Below are positions 45,361 through 55,274 of a DNA stretch of 64,000 nucleotides, piece after piece. The DNA is taken from the NCBI GenBank assembly GCA_039591615.1, contig JBDHDH010000024.1, positions 6,017-70,016 on the forward strand, in the 5' to 3' direction. The first letter of the stretch is position 1, and each line of letters starts with the position of its first letter. Under the pieces are notes generated by a model that did not search any database, had not been told where the DNA came from, and saw only the letters and a program-made list of their open reading frames with translations. Origin of the DNA: Gemmatimonadota bacterium (GTDB lineage: Bacteria > Gemmatimonadota > Gemmatimonadetes > Gemmatimonadales > GWC2-71-9). The translations under genes and the position numbers were made by a program.

Positions 45361-48300
45361 CTAGCTTCCTTCCTCCGCCTGCTGCGCCTTGCTCGCCGGC
45401 AACAGAACGGCCGGGACGTTCTTGTCCCGCACGAACGCATTGAACGCCGGTATGTCGGTGTCCACGATCGTGTTCAAACGATCGAGGTGGGTCTGGAGCG
45501 CGGAGGACAACTGCTCGAAGACGGCATACGCCTGTTGCGTCGGCCGGGCATCAGCACCGTCCACATAGCGCGCCAGGGCGGCGAGCTTGTTGTTGAGCTT
45601 GATGGGGAAGTTCAGCGGATCCTGGTTGCTCCGGTTCTTGACCTGATAAATCTCGGCCTCGATCGCGCCGAGTCGATCCTCGAGGGCCTTGGCGGCGCTG
45701 GAGATGGTATCGGCGTCCGCGTGCTCCTTTGCCCGCTTCGCCACACCGTCGAGCTGCGACTTGATGTCACGGATCTTCCTGACCGCGTCGTTGGCTTCGC
45801 TCACCCGATCGCGGATCTGTGTCAACAGCGCGAACTGTTCCTCGAGGTCCGCCGGGGTGCCCCGCGAGCGTGGATCCTTCAGGAACTGGAACGTGCGCGT
45901 CTGGGACCAGTCACCAACGGTGAGACGCACCTGGTAGGTGCCCGGGATCGCCGTGGGCCCCTGCCGCTGGGCGCCCCACATGATCATTCCGGGGAAACGC
46001 GAGAACCCTTCGTACCGCATGTTGAACGCGAACTGGTTCATCCCGGCGTCGATGGGTGGTGAGGACGGTTGTCCGCCACCGAAGAACGCCGCGCCCGGGC
46101 TCGGCTCCTCCTCGGCTTCACCGCCGGTGAACGAGCGAATCACGGTGCCGTCCTGCTCCAAGAAGTCGAGCGTCACCGGCTCGGTGGGCTTCTCGCGAAG
46201 GTAGTACCGCACCATGACGCCGGACGGTGGATTCCGAGCGGACTGCAATCGGTGGCTGTTGTCGCTGCCCGCCGTCAGCCGATAGACGTCTCGAGGCTGG
46301 AAGAGATAGCGCTCAGCCCGGGCGACCTCGTCGGAGAGCTGATGAAGCGACGTGAGGTCGTCCAACACCCAGAACCCTCGCCCATGGGTCGCTGCCACCA
46401 GGTCGCTGTTCTCGACTGCCAGGTCGTGCACCGGAGTCACAGGCAGATTCAGTCGCAGCGACTGCCAGTTCGCGCCGTCGTCGAAGGATACGTACACACC
46501 AAACTCACCACCGGCATAGAGCACGCCGGGGCGATCCGGATCTTCCCGGATTACCCGGATGAAATGGTCACCAGGAATCCCGTTTACTATTTTGCGCCAG
46601 CTGTTGCCGTAGTCGGTTGTCTTGTAGATGTAGGGCGCAAAATCGTCGAGCTTGTATCGCGTGGCTGCGAAGTAAGCGGTACCCTGCTGATGCGTAGACG
46701 CTTCGATGATGGAGACGAGCGCCCACTCCGGAAGGCCTCCGGGCGTAACGTTGTCCCAGGTCTGTCCAGCATCTCGGGTGACGTGCACCAACCCATCGTC
46801 GCTCCCCGCCCAGATGACGGTCGGATCATGAGGCGACGGCGCGAGTGCAAAGACGACATCGTAGTACTCGACGCTCGTGTTGTCTTTGGTGATGGGCCCT
46901 CCGGAAGGCCCTTGTTTGCTCTTGTCGTCGCGAGTCAGATCGGGACTGATGGTCTCCCAACTCTGCCCCTCGTCGACCGAACGATGGACGAACTGCGAGG
47001 TCACGTACAGCACGTTCGGATCGTGGGGTGAGAGCACGATGGGGAAGGTCCACTGGAACCGGTGCGCCAGGCTGTCGGCACCCCAACCCATGGGGTTCTC
47101 CGGCCAGACCATGATGCTCCGCCCCTGACCGGTGGACCGGTCGACACGATCCAGCTGACCGCCGTAGCAGCCTGCATACGAGATGTTCGTGTCGTCGGGA
47201 CGCGTGGTCACGTAACCGCTCTCGCATCCGCCAACCGAGTAGTAGTCCTGAATGCCGATCCCACCGCCGTCGGTACGGCTCGGCACGCAGATGGTACTGT
47301 TGTCCTGTTGTCCGCCGCACACCACGTAGTGAAAGTCGTTCGTGACCGTCCCGTGGTACATCTGGGCGGTGGGTTGATTCTCCTGCCCGGTCCACGTCAC
47401 GCCACCGTTATAGCTGACGTTGGCACCCCCATCGTTTCCGTTGATCATCCGCTCTGGGTCGTTGGGGGCGATCCACAGGGCGTGGTTGTCGCCATGGGGA
47501 ACTCGAATAGAGGAATACGTTTTCCCTCCATCGACCGATCGGTAGAACCCCGTGTTGAGAACGTACACCGTCTCCCGATCCTCCGGGTCGGCGTAGATGT
47601 GCGTGTAGTACCAGGCCCGCTGCCGGAGCCGGCGCTCGCTGTTGACCAGATTCCAGGTGCTGCCGCCATCGTCGGACCGGAAGACGCCGCCGTTCTCGTT
47701 CTCGACGATGGCCCACACGCGGCCGGGATCGGCCCCCGAGACCGTCACGCCGATCTTGCCCACGGTTCCTTCGGGGAGCCCCTTGTGACGCGTGATCTCG
47801 CTCCACGTATCGCCGCCGTCGGTGCTCTTGAAGAGGCCGCTGCCGGGACCGCCGCTCTCGAGCGCCCACGGATACCGCCGCACCTGCCACAGGGCAGCGT
47901 ACATGATCCGGGGATTGCTGGGATCAACGGCGAGGTTCACCGCGCCGGTGTGTTCGTCCCGATAGAGGATCTTCTCCCACGTCTGCCCGCCGTCCCTCGA
48001 ACGAAACACGCCGCGGGTCTCGCTGGGACCGAAGATGTGGCCGAGGACCGCCGCGTACACGAGGTCGGGATCGGTGGGGTGCACGTGCAGGTGGGCGATC
48101 TGGCCGGCATCCTCGAGCCCGGCGCGGGCCCACGTCTTTCCCGCGTCCGTGGACTTCCACATCCCATTCCCCGGAGAGACGTTGCCGCGTGGGGGTTCCT
48201 CTCCGGTGCCGACATAGACGACGTTCGGGTCCGAGGGTGCGACGGCAATGGCGCCGATGGAGCCCGCCATCCGCGTGCTGTCCGCCATGGGCTCCCACCT

Positions 48301-48558
48301 CATTCCACCGTCGACGGTCTTCCAGACGCCGCCTCCCGTCGCGCCAAAGTAGTACACGTACGGTTGGCTGGGCACGCCGGCGACCGCCGTGGCCCGCCCT
48401 CCGCGGTAGGGGCCGATGAACCGCCACGTCATCGCCTGAAAGAGACTGGAATCGTAGGGCGCCTGGGCTTGTCCTGCACTGGGCAGTGCAGTCCCGACAG
48501 TCAAGGAGAGAACCGAAAGGCCTACGGCACGCCAGATCGCGTTCTTCGCGTTTCGCAT
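45361..48558 (-). CDS. VPS10/sortilin-like BNR beta-propeller protein (paralog 1)
   Basis: WRFIGPYRGGR, repeated (S/T)xDGGxTW Asp-boxes, YxVCGGQQDN, C-terminal helical region; ATG 48558. Confidence 0.88.
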   Translation of the reverse strand: MRNAKNAIWRAVGLSVLSLTVGTALPSAGQAQAPYDSSLFQAMTWRFIGPYRGGRATAVAGVPSQPYVYYFGATGGGVWKTVDGGMRWEPMADSTRMAGSIGAIAVAPSDPNVVYVGTGEEPPRGNVSPGNGMWKSTDAGKTWARAGLEDAGQIAHLHVHPTDPDLVYAAVLGHIFGPSETRGVFRSRDGGQTWEKILYRDEHTGAVNLAVDPSNPRIMYAALWQVRRYPWALESGGPGSGLFKSTDGGDTWSEITRHKGLPEGTVGKIGVTVSGADPGRVWAIVENENGGVFRSDDGGSTWNLVNSERRLRQRAWYYTHIYADPEDRETVYVLNTGFYRSVDGGKTYSSIRVPHGDNHALWIAPNDPERMINGNDGGANVSYNGGVTWTGQENQPTAQMYHGTVTNDFHYVVCGGQQDNSTICVPSRTDGGGIGIQDYYSVGGCESGYVTTRPDDTNISYAGCYGGQLDRVDRSTGQGRSIMVWPENPMGWGADSLAHRFQWTFPIVLSPHDPNVLYVTSQFVHRSVDEGQSWETISPDLTRDDKSKQGPSGGPITKDNTSVEYYDVVFALAPSPHDPTVIWAGSDDGLVHVTRDAGQTWDNVTPGGLPEWALVSIIEASTHQQGTAYFAATRYKLDDFAPYIYKTTDYGNSWRKIVNGIPGDHFIRVIREDPDRPGVLYAGGEFGVYVSFDDGANWQSLRLNLPVTPVHDLAVENSDLVAATHGRGFWVLDDLTSLHQLSDEVARAERYLFQPRDVYRLTAGSDNSHRLQSARNPPSGVMVRYYLREKPTEPVTLDFLEQDGTVIRSFTGGEAEEEPSPGAAFFGGGQPSSPPIDAGMNQFAFNMRYEGFSRFPGMIMWGAQRQGPTAIPGTYQVRLTVGDWSQTRTFQFLKDPRSRGTPADLEEQFALLTQIRDRVSEANDAVRKIRDIKSQLDGVAKRAKEHADADTISSAAKALEDRLGAIEAEIYQVKNRSNQDPLNFPIKLNNKLAALARYVDGADARPTQQAYAVFEQLSSALQTHLDRLNTIVDTDIPAFNAFVRDKNVPAVLLPASKAQQAEEGS

Positions 48559-48754
48559 GATTGGACGGCCCCCAGCGAGAGACGACGGAAACGGGAAACG
48601 CAAGATGTTATTGCGCGTAAACTGCGAGCGCCAGGGTGAAGACATATGTCCTGCCGCACACCTTGCGGTCCGGTGCATTTCGATTTGGTTTGAGATGCCC
48701 TCATCCACGCGGAGCCGTGCGCTCCTCATTCTCGTTCTCTATCGGAGAAAGCCG

Positions 48755-51700
48755 ATGTCAGCTGGCTGGCGTCTTGTCTTACGTTCCCTGGCCCAGAGCC
48801 TGATCGTCCTTCTGGCAGGCGCCTCCGCCGCGAACGGGCAGGTGGACTTTTCCTTGCTCGAAGGAATGGAAGCCCGCAACATCGGCCCGGCCGGCATGAG
48901 CGGTCGCATCGGCGCCATCGACGCGGTGAATAGCAACCCGAACGTCATCTACGTAGGCGCTGCCACGGGGGGGTTGTGGAAGTCTACGACCGGCGGAATC
49001 ACTTGGGAGCCGCTCATGGACTCCCTGCCCGCAGCCTCCGTCGGGGCGGTGAGCATCTTCCAGCCCAGCCCGGACATCGTGTGGGTCGGCACCGGAGAGC
49101 GTAACCGCCGCAACAGCGCCGGCGTGGGGACGGGCGTGTACAAGTCCATGGACGGGGGCGTCACATGGATGCACGTGGGTCTCGACAGCACCGGCGCCAT
49201 CGATGCCATCATCCTGCATCCCACCAATCCCGACATCGCCTACATCGGTGCCCTCGGCAACACATGGACCGACAGCGAGCACCGCGGTGTTTACAAGACC
49301 ACCGACGGTGGCAAAAGCTGGACCAAAATCCTCTACGCCAACGCACGCGCGGGCGCCGGCGATCTCGTCATGGACCCGTCGAACCCCAACAAGCTCTTTG
49401 CCGCCATGTGGGAGCACCGCCGCTGGCCGTGGTTCTTCAAGTCGGGCGGGCCGGGCAGCGGCCTGCACGTCACATACGACGGTGGCGGTACCTGGAAGCA
49501 GCTCACCGCCGACGACGGACTGCCTGCAGGCGAGCTGGGGCGTGTCGGCCTCGGGTTCTCTCGGAGCAATCCGGACGTCGTCTATGCGGTCGCGGAGGCA
49601 GAACGGAGCGTGATGCTGCGCTCCGAAGACGGCGGCCGGTCCTGGAAGACCGTGAACAGGGAACGCGGCATCGCGCCACGTCCCTTTTACTACGCCCAGG
49701 TCCGGGTGGACCCCCGCAACGAGAATCGTGTGTACAACGTGCACGGCACAATCGACCTAAGCGAAGACGGTGGACGGAACTTCAGAACGTTCGTTCCCTT
49801 CGCCCGTGTGCACGTGGACCATCACGCCCTGTGGCTCAGCCCTGACGGCAGAACCATCGTCGACGGGAACGACGGCGGCGTCTACATATCGCGAGACCGT
49901 GGAGAGACCTGGCAGTTCGTCCTCGCCCTTCCCCTAGCCCAGTTCTACCACATCGCCGTGGACATGGCGACGCCGTACCACGTTTACGGCGGTCTCCAAG
50001 ACAACGGCTCGTGGATGGGTCCCAGCCAAGTGTGGCACAACGGCGGGATCCGGTTCTACGACTGGACAGAGGTGAACTTCGGGGATGGGTTCGCCACGAT
50101 CTCGGACCCCGACAATCCACGCTACGGCTACGCGATGTCACAGGGTGGTTCTCTCGTACGTTTCGACAAGGAGACCGGCGAGCGCAAGGCGATCCGGCCC
50201 GCGCACCCGAACGGCGTCCATCTTCGGTTCAACTGGAACGCAGGAATCGCCATCGATTCCCACAACGGTGCCATCTACTACGGAAGCCAGTTCGTGCACC
50301 GGAGCACGGACATGGGCGCCACCTGGACGATCATCAGCCCCGACCTCACAACCAACGATCCTGAGAAACAGCGGCAGCGGGAAACGGGCGGGCTCACCAT
50401 CGACAACTCCTCAGCAGAGAATCACACCACGATCATGACCATAGCGCCGAGTCCGGTGGAGCCTGGGGTGATCTGGGTGGGAACCGACGATGGCAACGTC
50501 CAGGTCTCGCGGGACGGCGGGCAGACGTGGAGCAACGTGGCGGGTCGGATCCGCGGCGTGCCACCGAACACGTGGGTCCCGCACATCGAGGCTTCGAAGT
50601 TCGAGGGGGGGACGGCCTTCGTGGTGTTCGATGACCACCGACGGGGCAACGACCGTCCCTATCTCGTCAAGACCACCGATTACGGCCGATCGTGGCGCAG
50701 TCTGGTGACGCAGGACGTTGAGTATTTCCTGCATGCTCTCGAGCAGGATCCGGTGAATCCCAACCTGCTCTACCTCGGCTCGGAGTTCGGGCTGTACGTG
50801 TCACTGGACGGGGGCGAGCGCTGGCGTCTGTGGCGACACGGCGTGCCCAGGGCGCCGGTGCGGGCATTGGTCGTCCACCCACGTGACCACGATTTGGTGA
50901 TAGGCACGCACGGGAGATCGGCCTACATCCTGGACGACGTTCGGCCACTCAGGGCGCTGGCCGCCAGCCCGGGGCTCCTGAACGAGAACCTGCACCTGTT
51001 CGAGATCCCGGCAGCGATTCAGCACCGCGTCGCCCAGGTGGGCGGGATCCGGTTCACTGCCGACGGGATCTTCCACGGTGGGAATCGGCCATTCGGCGCG
51101 TTGCTGACGTATTACGTCGGCGGGAGCAGCGGGAGCAGCGGGAGCAGCGAGAGCAGCGGGAGCAGCGGCAACGACGGGGGCGACGACAGCCTCAAAGCCA
51201 AGATCGAGATCCTCGACGGCGACAGCGTCATCCGCAGCTTCGAGGGTCCGGCCAAGGCGGGCATCAATCGCACCGCGTGGAATCTTCGGCACGACGGCTT
51301 CAAGCGGCTCCGGGACGAAGACGACGACGCCCCGGAAGAGTTTCTCCCACCCGGTCCCGATGTGCTACCGGGAGTATACGCTGTACGCGTGACGGTGGGT
51401 GATCACGAGGCAACCCAAGCCGTGGAAGTGCGTCCCGATCCGCGCTTCACCGTGACCATGGCCGACCGGGAAAGCAAGCGGGACGCGTTGATGCGGGCTG
51501 GACGGCGGCAGGAGGTCGCCGTCGAAGCGGTCGAGCGACTGCGCAAGGCCGTTGAAGCGATCGACTTCGTCAAGAAGGAGCTCGACGACGACGGGTCAGA
51601 CGCTGCGACGGCTCTTCGGAAGGCTGGTGATTCGCTGAAGCAGCGTCTGAAAGACATCGAGGAAGACTTCACCGGCCCCCGAGACATCCAAGGCTTCACC

Positions 51701-51943
51701 TCCGATCCCAACGCGTTCTTGTCGAGAATGCGCCTCGCCTACAATCAGATGAGCTCGTCCTGGGAGCGTCCTACCGAAGCGCAGCGGATCATGTTGGAGC
51801 AGGCGGAGGCTCGGTTGACGGCGCTGCTCCCCGCAGTGAATCAAGCGCTCACCCAAGACCTTGCGCAGTTTCGTGAGCAGGCTCTGGGCCATGGCGTGGA
51901 GTTGTTCCCGACATTCGAAGCACTGATGGTTGTTGACAGGTAG
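48755..51943 (+). CDS. VPS10/sortilin-like BNR beta-propeller protein (paralog 2)
   Basis: ARNIGPAGMSGRI, Asp-boxes, GGLQDNGSW, ATHGR-like GTHGR; ATG 48755. Confidence 0.88.
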   Translation: MSAGWRLVLRSLAQSLIVLLAGASAANGQVDFSLLEGMEARNIGPAGMSGRIGAIDAVNSNPNVIYVGAATGGLWKSTTGGITWEPLMDSLPAASVGAVSIFQPSPDIVWVGTGERNRRNSAGVGTGVYKSMDGGVTWMHVGLDSTGAIDAIILHPTNPDIAYIGALGNTWTDSEHRGVYKTTDGGKSWTKILYANARAGAGDLVMDPSNPNKLFAAMWEHRRWPWFFKSGGPGSGLHVTYDGGGTWKQLTADDGLPAGELGRVGLGFSRSNPDVVYAVAEAERSVMLRSEDGGRSWKTVNRERGIAPRPFYYAQVRVDPRNENRVYNVHGTIDLSEDGGRNFRTFVPFARVHVDHHALWLSPDGRTIVDGNDGGVYISRDRGETWQFVLALPLAQFYHIAVDMATPYHVYGGLQDNGSWMGPSQVWHNGGIRFYDWTEVNFGDGFATISDPDNPRYGYAMSQGGSLVRFDKETGERKAIRPAHPNGVHLRFNWNAGIAIDSHNGAIYYGSQFVHRSTDMGATWTIISPDLTTNDPEKQRQRETGGLTIDNSSAENHTTIMTIAPSPVEPGVIWVGTDDGNVQVSRDGGQTWSNVAGRIRGVPPNTWVPHIEASKFEGGTAFVVFDDHRRGNDRPYLVKTTDYGRSWRSLVTQDVEYFLHALEQDPVNPNLLYLGSEFGLYVSLDGGERWRLWRHGVPRAPVRALVVHPRDHDLVIGTHGRSAYILDDVRPLRALAASPGLLNENLHLFEIPAAIQHRVAQVGGIRFTADGIFHGGNRPFGALLTYYVGGSSGSSGSSESSGSSGNDGGDDSLKAKIEILDGDSVIRSFEGPAKAGINRTAWNLRHDGFKRLRDEDDDAPEEFLPPGPDVLPGVYAVRVTVGDHEATQAVEVRPDPRFTVTMADRESKRDALMRAGRRQEVAVEAVERLRKAVEAIDFVKKELDDDGSDAATALRKAGDSLKQRLKDIEEDFTGPRDIQGFTSDPNAFLSRMRLAYNQMSSSWERPTEAQRIMLEQAEARLTALLPAVNQALTQDLAQFREQALGHGVELFPTFEALMVVDR
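51122..51166 (+). repeat. In-frame 9-mer array inside a CDS (GSS x5 linker)
   Basis: GGGAGCAGC x3, GAGAGCAGC, GGGAGCAGC. Confidence 0.85.
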
Positions 51944-51946
51944 AAT

Positions 51947-52008
51947 GATGGGCGGGATAGGCTGGATTGGCTTGTCTCAGCTCTCCAATCCCGCCTATCG
52001 CGCCCATC
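51947..52008. repeat. Intergenic hairpin made of inverted 9-mer units
   Basis: GATGGGCGGGATAGGCTGGATTGG ... CCAATCCCGCCTATCGCGCCCATC. Confidence 0.75.
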
Positions 52009-52024
52009 GAGGAGACGTCTCGTC

Positions 52025-55000
52025 ATGAAGTATCTCGCCCTGCTGCTTGCGCTCACCACCATCACGACGACCCCGCTTTCCGGCCAACTCGACTCCGCCT
52101 TCTTCGCCGCAATGGAGGCGCGGAGCGTCGGGCCGGCAGGCATGAGTGGTCGTGTAGCCGCCATCGATGCGGTGGTGAGCAATCCCAACATCATCTACGT
52201 CGGCTCGGCCACGGGTGGCCTGTGGAAGTCGGAAGACGGGGGGCTCACATGGGCGCCGATGTTCGATGACCAACACACGTCGTCCATCGGCGCCGTCGCC
52301 GTCTTCCAGGCCAATCCCGATATCGTCTGGGTGGGAACGGGTGAGGGCAACCCACGCAACAGCGCAGGCGTCGGCTATGGAGTGTACAAGAGCGTGGACG
52401 GTGGCCACACCTGGATGCACCTCGGACTCGAGCGCTCAGAGCGGGTCCATCGCGTCGTGCTCCATCCCGTGAATCCCGACATCGCGTACGTCGCGGCAAT
52501 GGGACCCACTTGGAGCGACGGGGCAGAGCGAGGTGTCTACAAGACCACGGATGGCGGTACCACCTGGGAGCGCATGCTCCATGTCAACGAGCGCACGGGT
52601 GCCGCAGACCTCGTGATGGATCCCACCAATCCCAACAAGCTCTTCGCCGCCATGTGGGAGCACCGCCGCTGGCCGTGGTTCTTCAAGTCGGGGGGGGCCG
52701 GGAGCGGGCTCCACGTCACACACGACGGCGGCGTCACGTGGAGAGAATTCACGGAGAACGACGGACTCCCGAAAGGAGAATTGGGACGCATCGGGATCGC
52801 CATCGCCAGGAACGATCCCAACACGGTTTACGCGCTCGTGGAAGCCAAGCGAAGCGCTCTCATCAGGTCAGACGACGGCGGACGCACGTGGCGCACTGTC
52901 AACCGCGAGCCCGGTGTGGCACCTCGGCCTTTCTACTACGCCGACATCCGCGTCGATCCCGAGAACGAAAATCGGCTATACAACATTCATGGACGGGCCA
53001 CCGAGAGTGATGACGGTGGGAAAACTTATCGCACCATCGTACCCAGCAGCCTCATTCATGGCGACGTGCACGAGCTCTGGATCCACCCGGAGAACAACCG
53101 GCTGCTCATGATGGGGAATGACGGAGGTGTCGGAATCTCCTACAATCGCGGTGCCACGTGGCGTTTCGTGGAAAACCTCCCGCTGGCGCAGTTCTATCAC
53201 ATCAACGTGGATCTGGAGACACCGTTCAATCTCTACGGCGGCTTGCAGGACAACGGGTCCTGGATGGGCCCCAGTGAGGTCTGGCATGCTCGCGGCATCA
53301 TGAACTTCGACTGGGGCCGCGTGGGAAGCGGCGACGGATTCGCGACCCTCAACGATTTCGGCGACTCGCGGTATGGCTACAGCATGTCGCAACAGGGAAA
53401 CTTGAGGCGGTTCGACAAGCTCACGGGCCAGCGAAAGGACATTCAGCCGGTCCACCCCGACGGGGTCCCACTCCGTTTCAGCTGGAATGCGGCGATCAAT
53501 GTCGATCCCTTCGACTCCACAACCATCTATTTCGGCAGCCAGTTCGTGCACAAGTCGTCGGATGGCGGCGAGAGCTGGGAGATCATCTCACCCGACCTCA
53601 CCACGAACGATCCGGAGAAGCAGCGCCAGGCGGAGACTGGTGGTCTCACGCGGGACAACACCGGTGCCGAGAATCATACGACCATCATCACCATCGCCCC
53701 GAGTCCCGTAGAGCGCGGTGTGATCTGGGTGGGGACGGATGACGGCAACGTGCAGCTCACGCGGGACGGCGGCGAGACGTGGACCAACACGGTTGACCGC
53801 ATCAGTGGGGTGCCGCCAAACACGTGGGTCCCCCATATCGAGCCGTCGAAGTTCGACGGGAGAACGGCTTTCCTCGTGTTCGACGATCACCGACGGGGGA
53901 ATTGGACCTCGTACATCTACAAGACGACAGACTACGGGCGGAGCTGGCAGCGTCTTGCTACCGATGAGATCTGGGGCTTTGTGCACGTCGCGGAGCAGGA
54001 TCCCGTCGAGCCCGATCTCCTCTACCTCGGAACGGAGTTCGGCTTGTACGTGAGCCTGACAGGTGGACGCACTTGGACGCGGTGGAAGCACGGCGTGCCC
54101 ACCGTGCCTGTCCGCGCGATCATCGTGCATCCCCGCGATCACGATCTCGTGATCGGAACGCACGGCCGAGGAGCGTTCGTGCTCGACGACATCCGACCGC
54201 TTCGAGCTCTCGTCCGGGATCCCGGCCTGGGCACCCTACCGCTCCACGTGTTCGAGCCACCCCCCGCCGTGCAGCACGAAGTGACCGATCAGATCGGCTA
54301 TCGCGCAACTGGGCACGCGATGTTCACGGGCGAGAACCGGCCCTACGGGGCGCTGGTGACCTATGTATGGAACGGGTCCGGCGGCGAAACGGCCGTGGCG
54401 GGGAACGGGAGCGGCAGTGCGGAGGGAGCCGCGCAGGAGAGTGGTGACGACTCGAAGGGCTCTCGAGTGACCATCGAGATTGTCGACGCGGCCGGCGCGG
54501 TAGTTCGCACCATGGAAGACTCGGTGTCGCCGGGAATCAATCGCGTCAGTTGGGATCTCAGTCGCGATGGGTTTACGGCACCGACTTCGAGGGATACGAC
54601 GACAATCACAGGTCCGGACGTCGTACCGGGACGTTACTCCGTGCGGATCACCGACGGTCGGGGGAGCGTCACCGCGCCCGTCGAGGTCCGTCAGGACGCT
54701 CGGGTCGCCATCGACCACGCCGAACGGGAGGCCAACCACGCGACGGTCGTGCGGGTGGGCGAGCGCATCGAGATCGCCGGAGAAGCCGTCCGACGGATCC
54801 GCGCCGTCCGCGGCGCGGTCAGTCGAGTGGCCGATTGGCTAAAGGACCGAGACGATGCCGACTCCGAATCGCTCCACGCCGCGGGGGACTCGCTACAGGA
54901 AACCCTCGACTCCCTCGCGGCCCGGTTCGTCGATCCGCCCGGCAGGCAGGGCATCTTCGGAGGCGGTCGAACCGTCGTACAACAACTCCAAGGAGTCTAC

Positions 55001-55195
55001 TCCTCGCTCCGATCGTCCTGGGATGCTCCGACCGAGGCCCAGCGGATGGCGCTGGCGCGAGCCGAACAGGCGCTGGAGAACGCCGTGACGGCCGTGAACG
55101 CGGCGATGGTGGGAGAGGTGGCCGCGTACAGACAGCGCGTTGTTGCAGCCGGCGTGGAGCTCTTCCCGACGTTCGAGGTGCTCAACAGCAGGTAG
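52025..55195 (+). CDS. VPS10/sortilin-like BNR beta-propeller protein (paralog 3)
   Basis: Collinear with paralog 2 (GPAGMSGRV, WEHRRWPWFFKSGG, GGLQDNGSW). Confidence 0.88.
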   Translation: MKYLALLLALTTITTTPLSGQLDSAFFAAMEARSVGPAGMSGRVAAIDAVVSNPNIIYVGSATGGLWKSEDGGLTWAPMFDDQHTSSIGAVAVFQANPDIVWVGTGEGNPRNSAGVGYGVYKSVDGGHTWMHLGLERSERVHRVVLHPVNPDIAYVAAMGPTWSDGAERGVYKTTDGGTTWERMLHVNERTGAADLVMDPTNPNKLFAAMWEHRRWPWFFKSGGAGSGLHVTHDGGVTWREFTENDGLPKGELGRIGIAIARNDPNTVYALVEAKRSALIRSDDGGRTWRTVNREPGVAPRPFYYADIRVDPENENRLYNIHGRATESDDGGKTYRTIVPSSLIHGDVHELWIHPENNRLLMMGNDGGVGISYNRGATWRFVENLPLAQFYHINVDLETPFNLYGGLQDNGSWMGPSEVWHARGIMNFDWGRVGSGDGFATLNDFGDSRYGYSMSQQGNLRRFDKLTGQRKDIQPVHPDGVPLRFSWNAAINVDPFDSTTIYFGSQFVHKSSDGGESWEIISPDLTTNDPEKQRQAETGGLTRDNTGAENHTTIITIAPSPVERGVIWVGTDDGNVQLTRDGGETWTNTVDRISGVPPNTWVPHIEPSKFDGRTAFLVFDDHRRGNWTSYIYKTTDYGRSWQRLATDEIWGFVHVAEQDPVEPDLLYLGTEFGLYVSLTGGRTWTRWKHGVPTVPVRAIIVHPRDHDLVIGTHGRGAFVLDDIRPLRALVRDPGLGTLPLHVFEPPPAVQHEVTDQIGYRATGHAMFTGENRPYGALVTYVWNGSGGETAVAGNGSGSAEGAAQESGDDSKGSRVTIEIVDAAGAVVRTMEDSVSPGINRVSWDLSRDGFTAPTSRDTTTITGPDVVPGRYSVRITDGRGSVTAPVEVRQDARVAIDHAEREANHATVVRVGERIEIAGEAVRRIRAVRGAVSRVADWLKDRDDADSESLHAAGDSLQETLDSLAARFVDPPGRQGIFGGGRTVVQQLQGVYSSLRSSWDAPTEAQRMALARAEQALENAVTAVNAAMVGEVAAYRQRVVAAGVELFPTFEVLNSR

Positions 55196-55274
55196 GCGGC
55201 CGATGCCCGCCACGCGCGCCGGCCCACCGCGCATCGGGCTTCCCCGACGGCGAGGGGGTCAGACCGGTCACGAG

